Of a stretch of 45,781 nucleotides of DNA, positions 35,707 to 44,839 are shown piece after piece. The notes under the pieces were generated by a model. That model saw only the letters and a program-made list of their open reading frames with translations. It was not told where the DNA came from and searched no databases. This stretch comes from Methanosarcinaceae archaeon (GTDB taxonomy: Archaea > Halobacteriota > Methanosarcinia > Methanosarcinales > Methanosarcinaceae): positions 1-45,781 of the forward strand of contig JAHYJJ010000001.1 of NCBI GenBank assembly GCA_019429165.1, read 5' to 3'. The position numbers and the translations under genes were made by a program. Position 1 is the first letter of the stretch. Every line of letters begins with the position of its first letter.

Positions 35707-36606
35707 CTATTTCATTTTTGCTTCAACTATCATATCAACAAAACTTTTTGGTTCAGATTTAACTTCAAGTTGTGGTGAAGCATCTACCAATGGTTTCTGT
35801 TTATCAACAGCTGATACTGCTTCTGCTATCATAGATTTAATTTCGTCTTTTGAAATTTTATCTTCTTTAACAGTAGTTTCAATCTTTGATTTTATCTCTG
35901 AAAGTTCTTTATCTTTAGAAGCTAGTTCTAATTTAAGAGTTTCAAGTTGTGATTTGATTTCGTCTAGATCAGAATCAGTCATAACTTCTGGAGTTTCAAC
36001 TGTAGGTTCTGGTGTGACGATACCATCATCTACAACACCGTTTTCGTCTTCGTTGGACATATCATCTACCTCAATTTTAGATTTCACAAAGAAATCTGTG
36101 ATTTTACAAGCTTCACATGCGGGTTTGCCAGTTAAAGCAACACCACCTAGTTGTATCTTGTTTAGTACTCTTATATTTTTACCATTTATGTTAGTGTTTA
36201 TGTATTCTTTAGGTTTAAATTCCATTGAAAATGCATCAATGAAACCATCTTGGATTGAACCCCAAAGATTTTTAAATTCAGTATGGTGTTTGTTTAATTG
36301 TACTCGTATAAATAAGTTTTTGGATTTTATCTCAGCACTAATGATTTTTGCTTTAGGAACTATTGTGTTATCGCCTTTGAAATATTGTTCGTGTTCTTCA
36401 TTACCTTTCAATGCACCGGAAAAGTTAGAATCTACATTCCTACCATTAATTTGCTGTGCCATATCTTGTATACATTCTTCAGTAACCATATCATTTACTG
36501 AATCTAGATAATTAGCAACTTCTAAAATACCTTCAACATAATGATTCCCATTATCGGATTTAAATTCAAATGTATTTGGATATACTTTGATTTTTTTGAA
36601 GTCCAT
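35707..36606 (-). CDS. Prohead protease + scaffold, virus B
   Basis: YVEG..LDSVND, EEH, FSMEF, VALTGKPA; acidic coiled-coil tail. Confidence 0.88.
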   Translation of the reverse strand: MDFKKIKVYPNTFEFKSDNGNHYVEGILEVANYLDSVNDMVTEECIQDMAQQINGRNVDSNFSGALKGNEEHEQYFKGDNTIVPKAKIISAEIKSKNLFIRVQLNKHHTEFKNLWGSIQDGFIDAFSMEFKPKEYINTNINGKNIRVLNKIQLGGVALTGKPACEACKITDFFVKSKIEVDDMSNEDENGVVDDGIVTPEPTVETPEVMTDSDLDEIKSQLETLKLELASKDKELSEIKSKIETTVKEDKISKDEIKSMIAEAVSAVDKQKPLVDASPQLEVKSEPKSFVDMIVEAKMK

Positions 36607-36652
36607 AGATTTATCACTTTTTATCTTACTATTATTAAAATTGAATTACTTA

Positions 36653-38200
36653 TTAAAAGTTATTCATATTTTTTGTTCGTTGTTTAACATATTCTTGAAA
36701 TGGACCGTCTGATTTGACTTGAACATTCTTATCTTGTTTAACTTTATCTTGTGCGAGTTTATCTGTACTTTCAGTTAGCATTTGATGATTATTAAGTTGA
36801 TTTTGACGATTTGTACTATTACCTTGCATTATAATTTTTTCTTTATGTTCTTCAACGTCAGTATCAATCAAACCCATTTCATGTAATAATTTATCTTTAG
36901 TAAGCCGTAAATCATATCGTGCAAGAATATCTTGGTTTTTAGTTAAAGTGTCAGCTCTCATCATAGCGATTTGAGTTTCTCGCACTTCATCTTGTTTATA
37001 CGTTCTATTAAATCGTAATGTGACTTTATACTCATCTAGTAACTGAGAATTTATCATATCCTCATAAATATTTTGAATATGTCCTACCTTCCTATAATAA
37101 CCTTCGGTTGATGTATTACTTCCAGTCACACCAGTACCGACCAATAAATCACTTAGACGTGAACTAGGAATACTCCAGACCATAACCATTAATTGAGTTA
37201 GATATCTAGCAAGTTCTCTGAACTCCATATCGTGGTCCATTTTATTTAGTTCTTTGACTTCAACTTTTCCAGTTAAAACTAGATTTTTATACTTATGAGT
37301 GATGTTAGCATATTGTTGAATAGCTTTCTTCATTTCCTTGTAATCGTTATCGGATGAGTTTGCATCTTCCATTATGAACATATAATTTGGTACGCCACCT
37401 TTCCTAAAATAATATCTGGTATAATCACGGATATCATCTAAAACGTCCATAATAGTTAAAAGAGATTGTGTTGGGGAATATCCATAGACTTTACCGTTAA
37501 TACGCATTAATCTAAAGTGAACTATCTGTTCTGGAGTGAACATAACACTCTCAGCACTATTCATTGGTCTCTGGATATAATGTTGTACGTCTCCATATTT
37601 ATTAGCAGTAATCTTTATTGTTGATGATGGAATATCAATAAACTGTCGTGTGGAAAATAGGTCTTCCTCAGTTGATTTTATAACTAGTTCGGTTAAATCC
37701 GAAATGGATTTCTGTTCATAACCATTATGACGTTTCTTAATAACCCTTGTTAGACTTTTACGGAAATCTGATTTTGTAAATGAATCTTTCCAAATATAAC
37801 CGTCCCCAGTTAAAAGTGTATCTATTAAAACTGAATGTAAGATTTCTTTAGCATGGTTATCACTTAGGAATTTCTCAGCACGTTGTACGTTATTACGACC
37901 ACCTTCAAGTCTCCAACCGTCACTTATAATGTCGTCAACGATTGCAGTTAAGATTGCTTGTAATTCTGGTGATGCCTTGAAATATGCCCAAAGAGTATCG
38001 TAATCAACTTCGGGGCCTCTACCGTATGGTGTAGCTATGACTGGTGACGGATTTTCGTTTGATAACGGAAAAGAATTAGAAACGGATTTTATTTCTGTTG
38101 TATTGCTTATTAACACGTTATCATTAAATGATTTCAAACTATTAGTAAATGAATCATATACTTTTCTCAAATAAGGATTATTATTGCTATTCATAACCAT
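36653..38200 (-). CDS. Portal protein, virus B
   Basis: EQIVHFRL...VYGYSP, YFRKGGVP, DMEFRE...WSIP. Confidence 0.92.
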   Translation of the reverse strand: MVMNSNNNPYLRKVYDSFTNSLKSFNDNVLISNTTEIKSVSNSFPLSNENPSPVIATPYGRGPEVDYDTLWAYFKASPELQAILTAIVDDIISDGWRLEGGRNNVQRAEKFLSDNHAKEILHSVLIDTLLTGDGYIWKDSFTKSDFRKSLTRVIKKRHNGYEQKSISDLTELVIKSTEEDLFSTRQFIDIPSSTIKITANKYGDVQHYIQRPMNSAESVMFTPEQIVHFRLMRINGKVYGYSPTQSLLTIMDVLDDIRDYTRYYFRKGGVPNYMFIMEDANSSDNDYKEMKKAIQQYANITHKYKNLVLTGKVEVKELNKMDHDMEFRELARYLTQLMVMVWSIPSSRLSDLLVGTGVTGSNTSTEGYYRKVGHIQNIYEDMINSQLLDEYKVTLRFNRTYKQDEVRETQIAMMRADTLTKNQDILARYDLRLTKDKLLHEMGLIDTDVEEHKEKIIMQGNSTNRQNQLNNHQMLTESTDKLAQDKVKQDKNVQVKSDGPFQEYVKQRTKNMNNF

Positions 38201-38234
38201 ACGCCTATTATTATATCATTTTGCTTATTATAAG

Positions 38235-38549
38235 TTATTGAAAATGTATGAAACCACATCTTTCACATTTCAATCGTTTACGGTCTTTTAAATCGTTACG
38301 CTTTAGATTTTTTATTCTTACGACACCACACGAATCACATTGAATTTTTCCAGAGACTAACGTTACGTCCTTTTTACCGTTATCCCAACCCCAACTACGT
38401 TTCATTAAACCATTACAGGGTATGTAGTTTTTACAAGCATTACAATTTAATAACGCATCTTCAACGGTTAAAATCTTAGTATGCTTAAAAATACATAACT
38501 TTTCACCGTTTGCCCGATTAATACAATTTTTACAACCTATAAGTACCAC
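38235..38549 (-). CDS. Multi-zinc-finger protein
   Basis: Four CxxC pairs plus extra Cys (CKNC, CNAC, CDSC, CERC). Confidence 0.65.
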   Translation of the reverse strand: MVLIGCKNCINRANGEKLCIFKHTKILTVEDALLNCNACKNYIPCNGLMKRSWGWDNGKKDVTLVSGKIQCDSCGVVRIKNLKRNDLKDRKRLKCERCGFIHFQ

Positions 38550-38554
38550 CTAAA

Positions 38555-38629
38555 TAACGTGATGTGGGTTTGAACCACAGAACTTCGGATTATGAGTCCG
38601 ATGAAATAACCAAGCTATTCTATCATGTT
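38555..38629 (-). tRNA. tRNA-Met(CAT), archaeal initiator-like, no encoded CCA
   Basis: AACATGA/TCACGTT acceptor (one A-C mismatch), GAAT/ATTT D-stem, TCGGA-CTCATAA-TCCGA anticodon arm, TGTGG-TTCAAAC-CCACA T-arm; 75 nt. Confidence 0.8.
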
Positions 38630-40069
38630 TTAACACACATCAAAACTATATGAACTCTTTTTTGAATATGACGCCTCTAAAGCCATACCAAGACTCATTA
38701 CACAATCATCTTTATTACCGACACCCTCATAAGTCTCTTTCAATACCCTACCCATTAAATCCTTACGAACAACTTTTGAGAAACTGCGGAGTTCATTTAT
38801 CAATATCTCGTTATCCAATAAAATTAAAGTTCCAGTACTTAACGCAGACTGGATATTAGCTATTAATAGTTCTTTATTTGCTTGGGTTGTAATAAATCCT
38901 TTCATTACACTTTTTGTCTCTTGCATTTCCGTTAACGTTCTAACTAGACCTTTACTGAGTCCGTTCTCTTCAATTACAATCTGACGGAAGTTAAATATCT
39001 TATGAAGCTTAACAATACGTTCAATCTGTCTTTCAGTCTTCATTCCTTGATATCGTTCCAGTTTGACTATATATTGTGTTCCTTCAGGATTTACACCAAT
39101 TATCGTGTATACTGAGAAATCTGCTTTAGATTGGTCTGCAAGTGCGATATCACCACCCATATAATAAATCCAACCATCTCTAGGTTTATTTTGTATCTCA
39201 ACGTGACGATTCTCTAACAAGTTCTCAGTAAAGATACTAGAACCACCAGCCAGCGGATTACACATATATTCCCTATCAAAACGTAAGCCACCCATTAATG
39301 CACGAGTAGCTTTCAAGTTATCTAGAGACCCAAATTGTGGGTGGTCTTTCCATAACGGTGCTATCCATTTACCGTTTTTATCCGTTATAGCCGCTTGCCA
39401 TCGTCCACCGACCGGAGTAAGTCGTGCTTTTTTTAGGACTTCTTTAATTTCCTTTGAAGGGTATTGTAAATCGTTAAGTAAGTCATCTGTAGTCATCGGT
39501 GTACCTACAAGGACTATCTGACCTCTACCCATGTCACTCGCCGGGAAAATAACGTTCCAGAATAAATCTTTTACTTGGTCTTGCGTATATTTCTCGTCTC
39601 TAAGAATATCATCACAAATTGTGAAATTAGGACGTACACCACGACTTGTAGGTTTTAATGGTTTTACGAATGCCATATTACCAGTCACGGTTTCTAACTG
39701 TCTCGTGTTCCATTTCATATCCGTTCCCTCTGGACGGAGGTTTTTAAAAAAGGGGTTATTCATTATGATGTCGTGGACTTGTTTTAAGTTACTCTCAGTC
39801 TGTTCACGACTTGCACTAAACATTGCTATCTTACATTTCTTCTCACGCCAGAGTCGCCAGAGAACGTAACCAACTGAAACGTTTGTGGTTTTACCGAAAC
39901 CACGAGGTAAGATTAAATAAACGATTTGACCAGAGAAAAGGTAATTAGTCATGTCAACGTGGAATGGTGCGAACTTAATATCAAAAACGCCTTCAATGAA
40001 AACTTGAAGACTAAAATATGCTTTCTGACGAAATAATGCCTCATCAATCGGTGTTGCAAAGTTCATCAT
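38630..40069 (-). CDS. terL: Terminase large subunit, virus B (ORF open to 40105)
   Basis: LPRGFGKT, ICDDIL, LVGTP, FDREYMC, GGDIA..DFS, VIEENG, DDCVMSL. Confidence 0.95.
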   Translation of the reverse strand: MMNFATPIDEALFRQKAYFSLQVFIEGVFDIKFAPFHVDMTNYLFSGQIVYLILPRGFGKTTNVSVGYVLWRLWREKKCKIAMFSASREQTESNLKQVHDIIMNNPFFKNLRPEGTDMKWNTRQLETVTGNMAFVKPLKPTSRGVRPNFTICDDILRDEKYTQDQVKDLFWNVIFPASDMGRGQIVLVGTPMTTDDLLNDLQYPSKEIKEVLKKARLTPVGGRWQAAITDKNGKWIAPLWKDHPQFGSLDNLKATRALMGGLRFDREYMCNPLAGGSSIFTENLLENRHVEIQNKPRDGWIYYMGGDIALADQSKADFSVYTIIGVNPEGTQYIVKLERYQGMKTERQIERIVKLHKIFNFRQIVIEENGLSKGLVRTLTEMQETKSVMKGFITTQANKELLIANIQSALSTGTLILLDNEILINELRSFSKVVRKDLMGRVLKETYEGVGNKDDCVMSLGMALEASYSKKSSYSFDVC

Positions 40070-40685
40070 TTTTTCCCAACACCATGTATCGTAACTGAGT
40101 ATCATTTATCGTTATCTTCTTTTCATGAACTAAATCCTCTAGGAATTTCTGTGAAGCAACATTGAACTCGCTAGTCATCATAATAGAACGCATGTCATAA
40201 GTGATACTGACAGCACTTTTTAACATATCAAGCTTTTCCATAGCAGTTCGTAACTGACTATGGAACTCTCGTATAGAAATCATTAATTCTCGTGAATATG
40301 TGTCGGGGTCGGCATAGTACCGTTCAATTAACTTTCGGTTGATGCCGTGCAACCATTCAAACTCTTCGGCAACACGATTACTGGAATCTAGGATAGTTTG
40401 GACTTGTTCTTGTTGCTGGGTTGTAGTCTTTGAGATTTTATGGATATTCTTTTTCCATGTACCTAAAGTGACAAGGGTTGGGATTTTCTCAAAACCATCT
40501 TTTCGCAAAGCGTTACGGATGTACGCAGCTTTATGACCTTCAGCGATATATTTTAAAGAACGCATTTTAATGTCGTTAGAATAAGGTTCAAAAACCGTTG
40601 CATACTTGGAATCTTTAAGACGGACTTTATCTGATTTTTCTTGTCGGATTCTGGCAGCTTCAGTATTATCAGAAACTTCTACCAT
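40044..40685 (-). CDS. terS: Probable terminase small subunit, virus B
   Basis: Overlaps terL; HTH-like AAYIRNAL..IPTLVTLGTWKK then helices; TTTATAAA 23 nt upstream. Confidence 0.65.
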   Translation of the reverse strand: MVEVSDNTEAARIRQEKSDKVRLKDSKYATVFEPYSNDIKMRSLKYIAEGHKAAYIRNALRKDGFEKIPTLVTLGTWKKNIHKISKTTTQQQEQVQTILDSSNRVAEEFEWLHGINRKLIERYYADPDTYSRELMISIREFHSQLRTAMEKLDMLKSAVSITYDMRSIMMTSEFNVASQKFLEDLVHEKKITINDTQLRYMVLGKNDELCNTD

Positions 40686-40767
40686 AAATGGATTTATGTT
40701 TTCTTACTTTATAAATCTTTTGATGTTACAAGGTAGGGCTAACATATTCCCGACGTTAGGAAAACGA

Positions 40768-40905
40768 TTATAAGAACGTTTTATAATTCTCGCCACAACG
40801 AAGACAACCACAAGAACCAGTACAAGTCGGTCCAACACAGTCTTCGTTCAAGTGACAAGTACAATTACTAGTCGCTATTACTTTCTCGGGAATGTCGTCT
40901 GGCAT
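40768..40905 (-). CDS. Small Cys-rich metallothionein-like protein (45 aa)
   Basis: AGGTGA SD; MPDDIPEKVIATSNCTCHLNEDCVGPTCTGSCGCLRCGENYKTFL*. Confidence 0.6.
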   Translation of the reverse strand: MPDDIPEKVIATSNCTCHLNEDCVGPTCTGSCGCLRCGENYKTFL

Positions 40906-41009
40906 AATGTGTCACCTTGTTTCCTATCTACAAGTTGGTACTTTAACTCAAACAACAACAAACTCAAACAAAAGAGGAAGATTATAGTAAAGAGGAGTTC
41001 TAGTATCAT
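40878..41009 (-). CDS. Small membrane peptide (43 aa)
   Basis: AGGCGA SD; MILELLFTIIFLFCLSLLLFELKYQLVDRKQGDTLCQTTFPRK*. Confidence 0.5.
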   Translation of the reverse strand: MILELLFTIIFLFCLSLLLFELKYQLVDRKQGDTLCQTTFPRK

Positions 41010-41119
41010 ACAAGTCGCCTGTGATTAGGACCTTGGAGTGATGTGTTCACACCCCTACAGTCTTACGAACAACCCTCAAAGACCAGAGGTATCGTCAAAA
41101 AGATATTACATTTTTCAAT

Positions 41120-41134
41120 TATTAAAAGTTTCGG
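41120..41134 (-). promoter_or_regulatory. Leftward BRE-TATA promoter
   Basis: CCGAAACTTTTAATA, archaeal consensus. Confidence 0.55.
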
Positions 41135-41547
41135 TGTTATTTAGATATCGTTGCATATACTTTTAAATAGATGAAAATGTATTAAATTAAGTGGTAGGAT
41201 ACGCTTTAATACCTTTTTCTTATCCTACCAACCCCCTATTTATACACAGTTGTCACTTTTAAAACGGACAACTTAGGTCGGAAAATTGCCGATAACGAAA
41301 ATGCATAAAAACCTCGGGGAAATTAAAGTACAAAAAAATCTGAAAAAAAACGAAACGATATCGGGGGGGTGTCATCAATATTCAGTAAAAATGGCGAGAA
41401 AATTATTTGGATACCTATTATACCCCCTACCCTTAAAGTTAGGCACTATACCCCCCCCTTGTTACTACTATATAATGACATATGCATATCTCACTATATT
41501 AATATATAAGTATAAAACTATAAAACTAGTACAATAGTGAAACAAGA

Positions 41548-41564
41548 CCGATAACTATATAAAG
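41548..41564 (+). promoter_or_regulatory. Rightward BRE-TATA promoter
   Basis: CCGATAACTATATAAAG, about 25 nt before the structured region. Confidence 0.6.
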
Positions 41565-41584
41565 CAGCCTGAACAATATATATT

Positions 41585-41886
41585 ATAAACCAATAGGGGT
41601 TTATGAGGGGGTTAGAGTCATACAGTACTAGCTAAGGCTATGATGTACTTTATTATGGCTCCGCTCGTGGTAGGCAGTTGACGTAAACAGCGTCAGCTCA
41701 CAACATCGTATAGCACGGTGAACTTTAGGGATTGACTATTTTGACAAACATATGTATATAAATGGAACGCGGAAGCCTACTCCGTATCGTTACTGTCAAG
41801 TATGTTATGATGTCATAGGTCGGCTCGTCATTATCCTTAGATACAAGTATTTAAGGGGGTTTTGGGGGGGGTTAATACCCCCCTTT
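41585..41886 (+). ncRNA. Candidate structured ncRNA or long 5' leader
   Basis: Promoter upstream, only tiny ORFs seen, nested stems with G-U pairs on the + strand, potential loop pairing GTAGGC/GCCTAC, ends in a G/C hairpin. Confidence 0.5.
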
Positions 41887-42125
41887 ATATTTAGATAGCT
41901 CAGAGTGGTATACTGCTCTGAGTCTACATATAACACGTTTTTTATTAAGGGTTTAATATCCCCTCTATAAAGCGTGTGATTTTGAAAAGTAATTTTATAA
42001 GATTTATAATTACTTTGAAAGGTCTTGTATGTATTATCAAGGCGTATTTGTTTTATAATACCCTTGTGAAATTAGATAAATATAAATTCTAGTCTTTAAT
42101 AGACTAGTTAAAGGAGGAGATAAAA

Positions 42126-42470
42126 ATGAATAATAAAAATCTAAAAATTAGAAATATGACCCCTCACGATGTGGGGGTTATAGATAAAACGACTAATAAA
42201 GTCGTTATAAACTACCTTTCAGAAGGTAGCATAAGGCTAACTGAAGAGAGAGAGTTTTTATATACTGTAAACGGCGTATCTGTTTATAGCAAAACTTTCG
42301 GGAGTGCTGAAATTCCCGAAAAAGTTAAAGATACGATGTATATCGTGTCTTTGGCGGTCGGGCAGGCCTATCCTGAGCGTACAGATTTCTTAATTCCGGA
42401 CCAATTGGTTCGGGATGAAAAAGGGGTAGTCTTAGGATGCACCTCTTTTACGGTTTTTAGTAATTACTGA
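42126..42470 (+). CDS. Conserved viral NxTPH-motif protein (homologue of 7487..7858)
   Basis: GGAGGAG SD; about 75% identical (79/106 aa by hand) to the virus A copy. Confidence 0.88.
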   Translation: MNNKNLKIRNMTPHDVGVIDKTTNKVVINYLSEGSIRLTEEREFLYTVNGVSVYSKTFGSAEIPEKVKDTMYIVSLAVGQAYPERTDFLIPDQLVRDEKGVVLGCTSFTVFSNY

Positions 42471-42486
42471 AATAGAGGTGTTTAAA

Positions 42487-42660
42487 ATGGAAAGTATTTT
42501 AAAAAAAATTATCAAAATTGGAAGGTCAAAAGGGATAATTATCCCTTTTCATCTATTCAATTCTTATAAAAATATAAAGCCCTCTGATTATGTAACGGTC
42601 ACATATATCGGCACAACGGGCGATATTGTTATATCTCGGCTTGAGATAGAACAAAATTAA
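42487..42660 (+). CDS. AbrB/SpoVT-like DNA-binding protein
   Basis: GAGGTG SD; KIIKIGRSKGIIIP....NIKPSDYVTV. Confidence 0.7.
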   Translation: MESILKKIIKIGRSKGIIIPFHLFNSYKNIKPSDYVTVTYIGTTGDIVISRLEIEQN

Positions 42661-42667
42661 GAAAAAA

Positions 42668-42913
42668 ATGGGAAAAAAACTTTATTTAATTAAGAAAGAT
42701 GGAAGAAAAATAACAATAATTCCGTCCGGATGGATTGATTCGGATGGTGATTATTGTCAGGATATCCGAAGAAATCCGACCACAAAACGGTTTGAATATT
42801 TTAGTTATTTTACAGGTTTTGAGAAATATGCTGAATATCTGAATCTGGTATATGGTAAAACCGTAAAAGAGGTCATAGAAGACCTGGAAGAAAGATGTGG
42901 TTATATAGAGTAA
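42668..42913 (+). CDS. Hypothetical protein
   Basis: 81-aa ORF tiling the early operon. Confidence 0.65.
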   Translation: MGKKLYLIKKDGRKITIIPSGWIDSDGDYCQDIRRNPTTKRFEYFSYFTGFEKYAEYLNLVYGKTVKEVIEDLEERCGYIE

Positions 42914-42957
42914 GAACATAACTTTGAAAGTTGATTATATAATAAAAGGTAAGAGAA

Positions 42958-43395
42958 ATGAAAACGATTATTAAAAAGACTGAAACAATAAATATGAAAA
43001 TATCACGGTGTCCTATTGGACTAGAGATATACATAAAAAGTCCTGTTATAGAGGACTTTTTTAAAGGTTTGGCTCAGGGTGTGGTATCCACATCAACCGA
43101 AAGTAATTGGTTACCCCATAAGGGCTATACCCCTCAGGGCAATATAGAACATATTGCCAATACCCATTTTGATAATTGGGGGGGTTCTTTAGTTCAGAAG
43201 GGATATTATAATTTGTCTATGCTCCGGACTGTTGGCTTGAGTAAAGGACAAACCTTTAGATTCAAGGGAGTGTTTTCTAAAAACATGATAGAAAACATTG
43301 CAACAGAATTTAAAACCGTCTTAATTACGCTCATAAAAAATTATGTTAAACCTATGGAAGTAACCATTAAGGTTTATAGTAATGAAATAATTTAA
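42958..43395 (+). CDS. Hypothetical protein
   Basis: AAGGT SD; 145-aa ORF upstream of the amidoligase. Confidence 0.7.
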   Translation: MKTIIKKTETINMKISRCPIGLEIYIKSPVIEDFFKGLAQGVVSTSTESNWLPHKGYTPQGNIEHIANTHFDNWGGSLVQKGYYNLSMLRTVGLSKGQTFRFKGVFSKNMIENIATEFKTVLITLIKNYVKPMEVTIKVYSNEII

Positions 43396-43404
43396 GGTGT
43401 TTAA

Positions 43405-44058
43405 ATGGGATATAAATATATAAATAAAATAGGTATAGAAATAGAGGGAGGTTGGATACACTCCTTTATTTTAAAATATCTAAAAGGAGATGGTTCCGTA
43501 CATATCAATAATATGAGATGTTATGATGACGACGATGATGAGGATGAGGATTATAATGAACCCTATGGGTATTCCGGCGAAGTTTGTAGTGAACCTATAA
43601 ATATTCAGGAGGGTATTGAATATATAAATAACTATTATCCCGATGAGTTTAATGAAACTTGTGGGATTCATTTCCATATATCATTTAAAAACAATAAATA
43701 CGCCTCTATATTAACAGATAAACGGTTTTATGAGATGTTTATTAAAGACTTTACTGTTTGGGGATTAAAACAGAAAATAGATTCTAGTTCTTTATTCTGG
43801 ACCCGTTTAAACGGGAAAAATCAATTCTGTAAAAATATATTTAATCCGGACGGTCAGATATTACAAAACGATAGTAGATATACACAAATAAACTTTTGCT
43901 CATTAAAAAAACATAACACAGTTGAATTTAGAGTATTTCCGGTATTTGATAAAAAGCATCAAACTGTAAGTGCTTTAAAAAAATTAGTATCTATAATTAA
44001 TAAATTTATCGATAAATGTAACAAAGAGTATTCTGAAAAAATAACAATTAACATATAA
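43405..44058 (+). CDS. Putative amidoligase (COOH-NH2 ligase, glutamine-synthetase/GCS-like fold)
   Basis: IGIEIEG, DGS, EVCSEP, NETCGIHFH, RY..IN, KHNTVEFRVF. Confidence 0.85.
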   Translation: MGYKYINKIGIEIEGGWIHSFILKYLKGDGSVHINNMRCYDDDDDEDEDYNEPYGYSGEVCSEPINIQEGIEYINNYYPDEFNETCGIHFHISFKNNKYASILTDKRFYEMFIKDFTVWGLKQKIDSSSLFWTRLNGKNQFCKNIFNPDGQILQNDSRYTQINFCSLKKHNTVEFRVFPVFDKKHQTVSALKKLVSIINKFIDKCNKEYSEKITINI

Positions 44059-44074
44059 GGGGGAGTGGATAATT

Positions 44075-44827
44075 ATGTGTATAGTATTAGTATGTAAAAC
44101 AGAAAAACCTACAATGGAAATTCTCAAAAATTGTGAAGAATCAAATGGCGATGGTGCCGGGATATCATGGCGAGAAGGAAATAAAATAAAATGGTCTAAA
44201 GGACATAATGCAGAAGAGATTTATACATTAAGTCAGTCTGTTGAATTGCCTTTTATAGTTCATTTTAGATTCGCCACAGTCGGAGGTTCTATAAAGGAAC
44301 TATGTCACCCTTTTAGTGTAACAAAAGATGTTAAAACAACATTAAAAGGTAGTGCAAAAGAGGTTATAATGCATAACGGTCATTGGTCCAATTGGTCTGA
44401 AGCTTTAAAAAACAATATGATATGTTCTAGTGCTAGAATACCTACGGGGGTATGGTCGGATACACGAGCTATTGCATATTTTACAAATAGATGCGGTTCA
44501 GGATTTTTACAGATGTTAGATGAAAAGGTTGTATTGTTTAATATGAAACATATAACTATATTTGGTTCTGGTTGGACTGAAGAAGATAATGGTATTATTT
44601 ATTCAAATACAGAGTATAAAGGTCGTTATAAAAGTGTATATCGTGAAGAAAAATGGACTAATAGACACTATAGAAACGGATATTATAAAAAAAATGGACA
44701 TTCTTATGGTCAGGATTATGAAGATAATACGCTAGAAGATGAAGAAAAGGAATTTGAAACAGATAGATTGGATAAAGATGAAAAATGTAAAAATGCTACA
44801 ATCTGTATGGCGGAATATATGGATTAA
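44075..44827 (+). CDS. Class II (Ntn) glutamine amidotransferase
   Basis: N-terminal Cys (MCIV), NGDGAG, HFRFAT.G, HPF, MHNG, SDTR. Confidence 0.9.
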   Translation: MCIVLVCKTEKPTMEILKNCEESNGDGAGISWREGNKIKWSKGHNAEEIYTLSQSVELPFIVHFRFATVGGSIKELCHPFSVTKDVKTTLKGSAKEVIMHNGHWSNWSEALKNNMICSSARIPTGVWSDTRAIAYFTNRCGSGFLQMLDEKVVLFNMKHITIFGSGWTEEDNGIIYSNTEYKGRYKSVYREEKWTNRHYRNGYYKKNGHSYGQDYEDNTLEDEEKEFETDRLDKDEKCKNATICMAEYMD

Positions 44828-44839
44828 GGGGGTGTTATT

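Noticed and set aside
183..40536. Other + strand ORFs left of 41 kb (e.g. 1265..1726, 25663..26217, 26302..26790, 35954..36511)
   Set aside because: All lie antisense to, or overlap, well-supported minus-strand genes and show no recognisable motifs.
41286..41537. 83-aa + strand ORF
   Set aside because: TTG start without SD, runs through homopolymer tracts, and lies upstream of the rightward promoter.
41585..41886. tmRNA, RNase P, SRP or hammerhead identity for the structured region
   Set aside because: I could not find their diagnostic motifs (tRNA-like ends, GAGGAAAGUCC, CUGAUGA/GAAA core).
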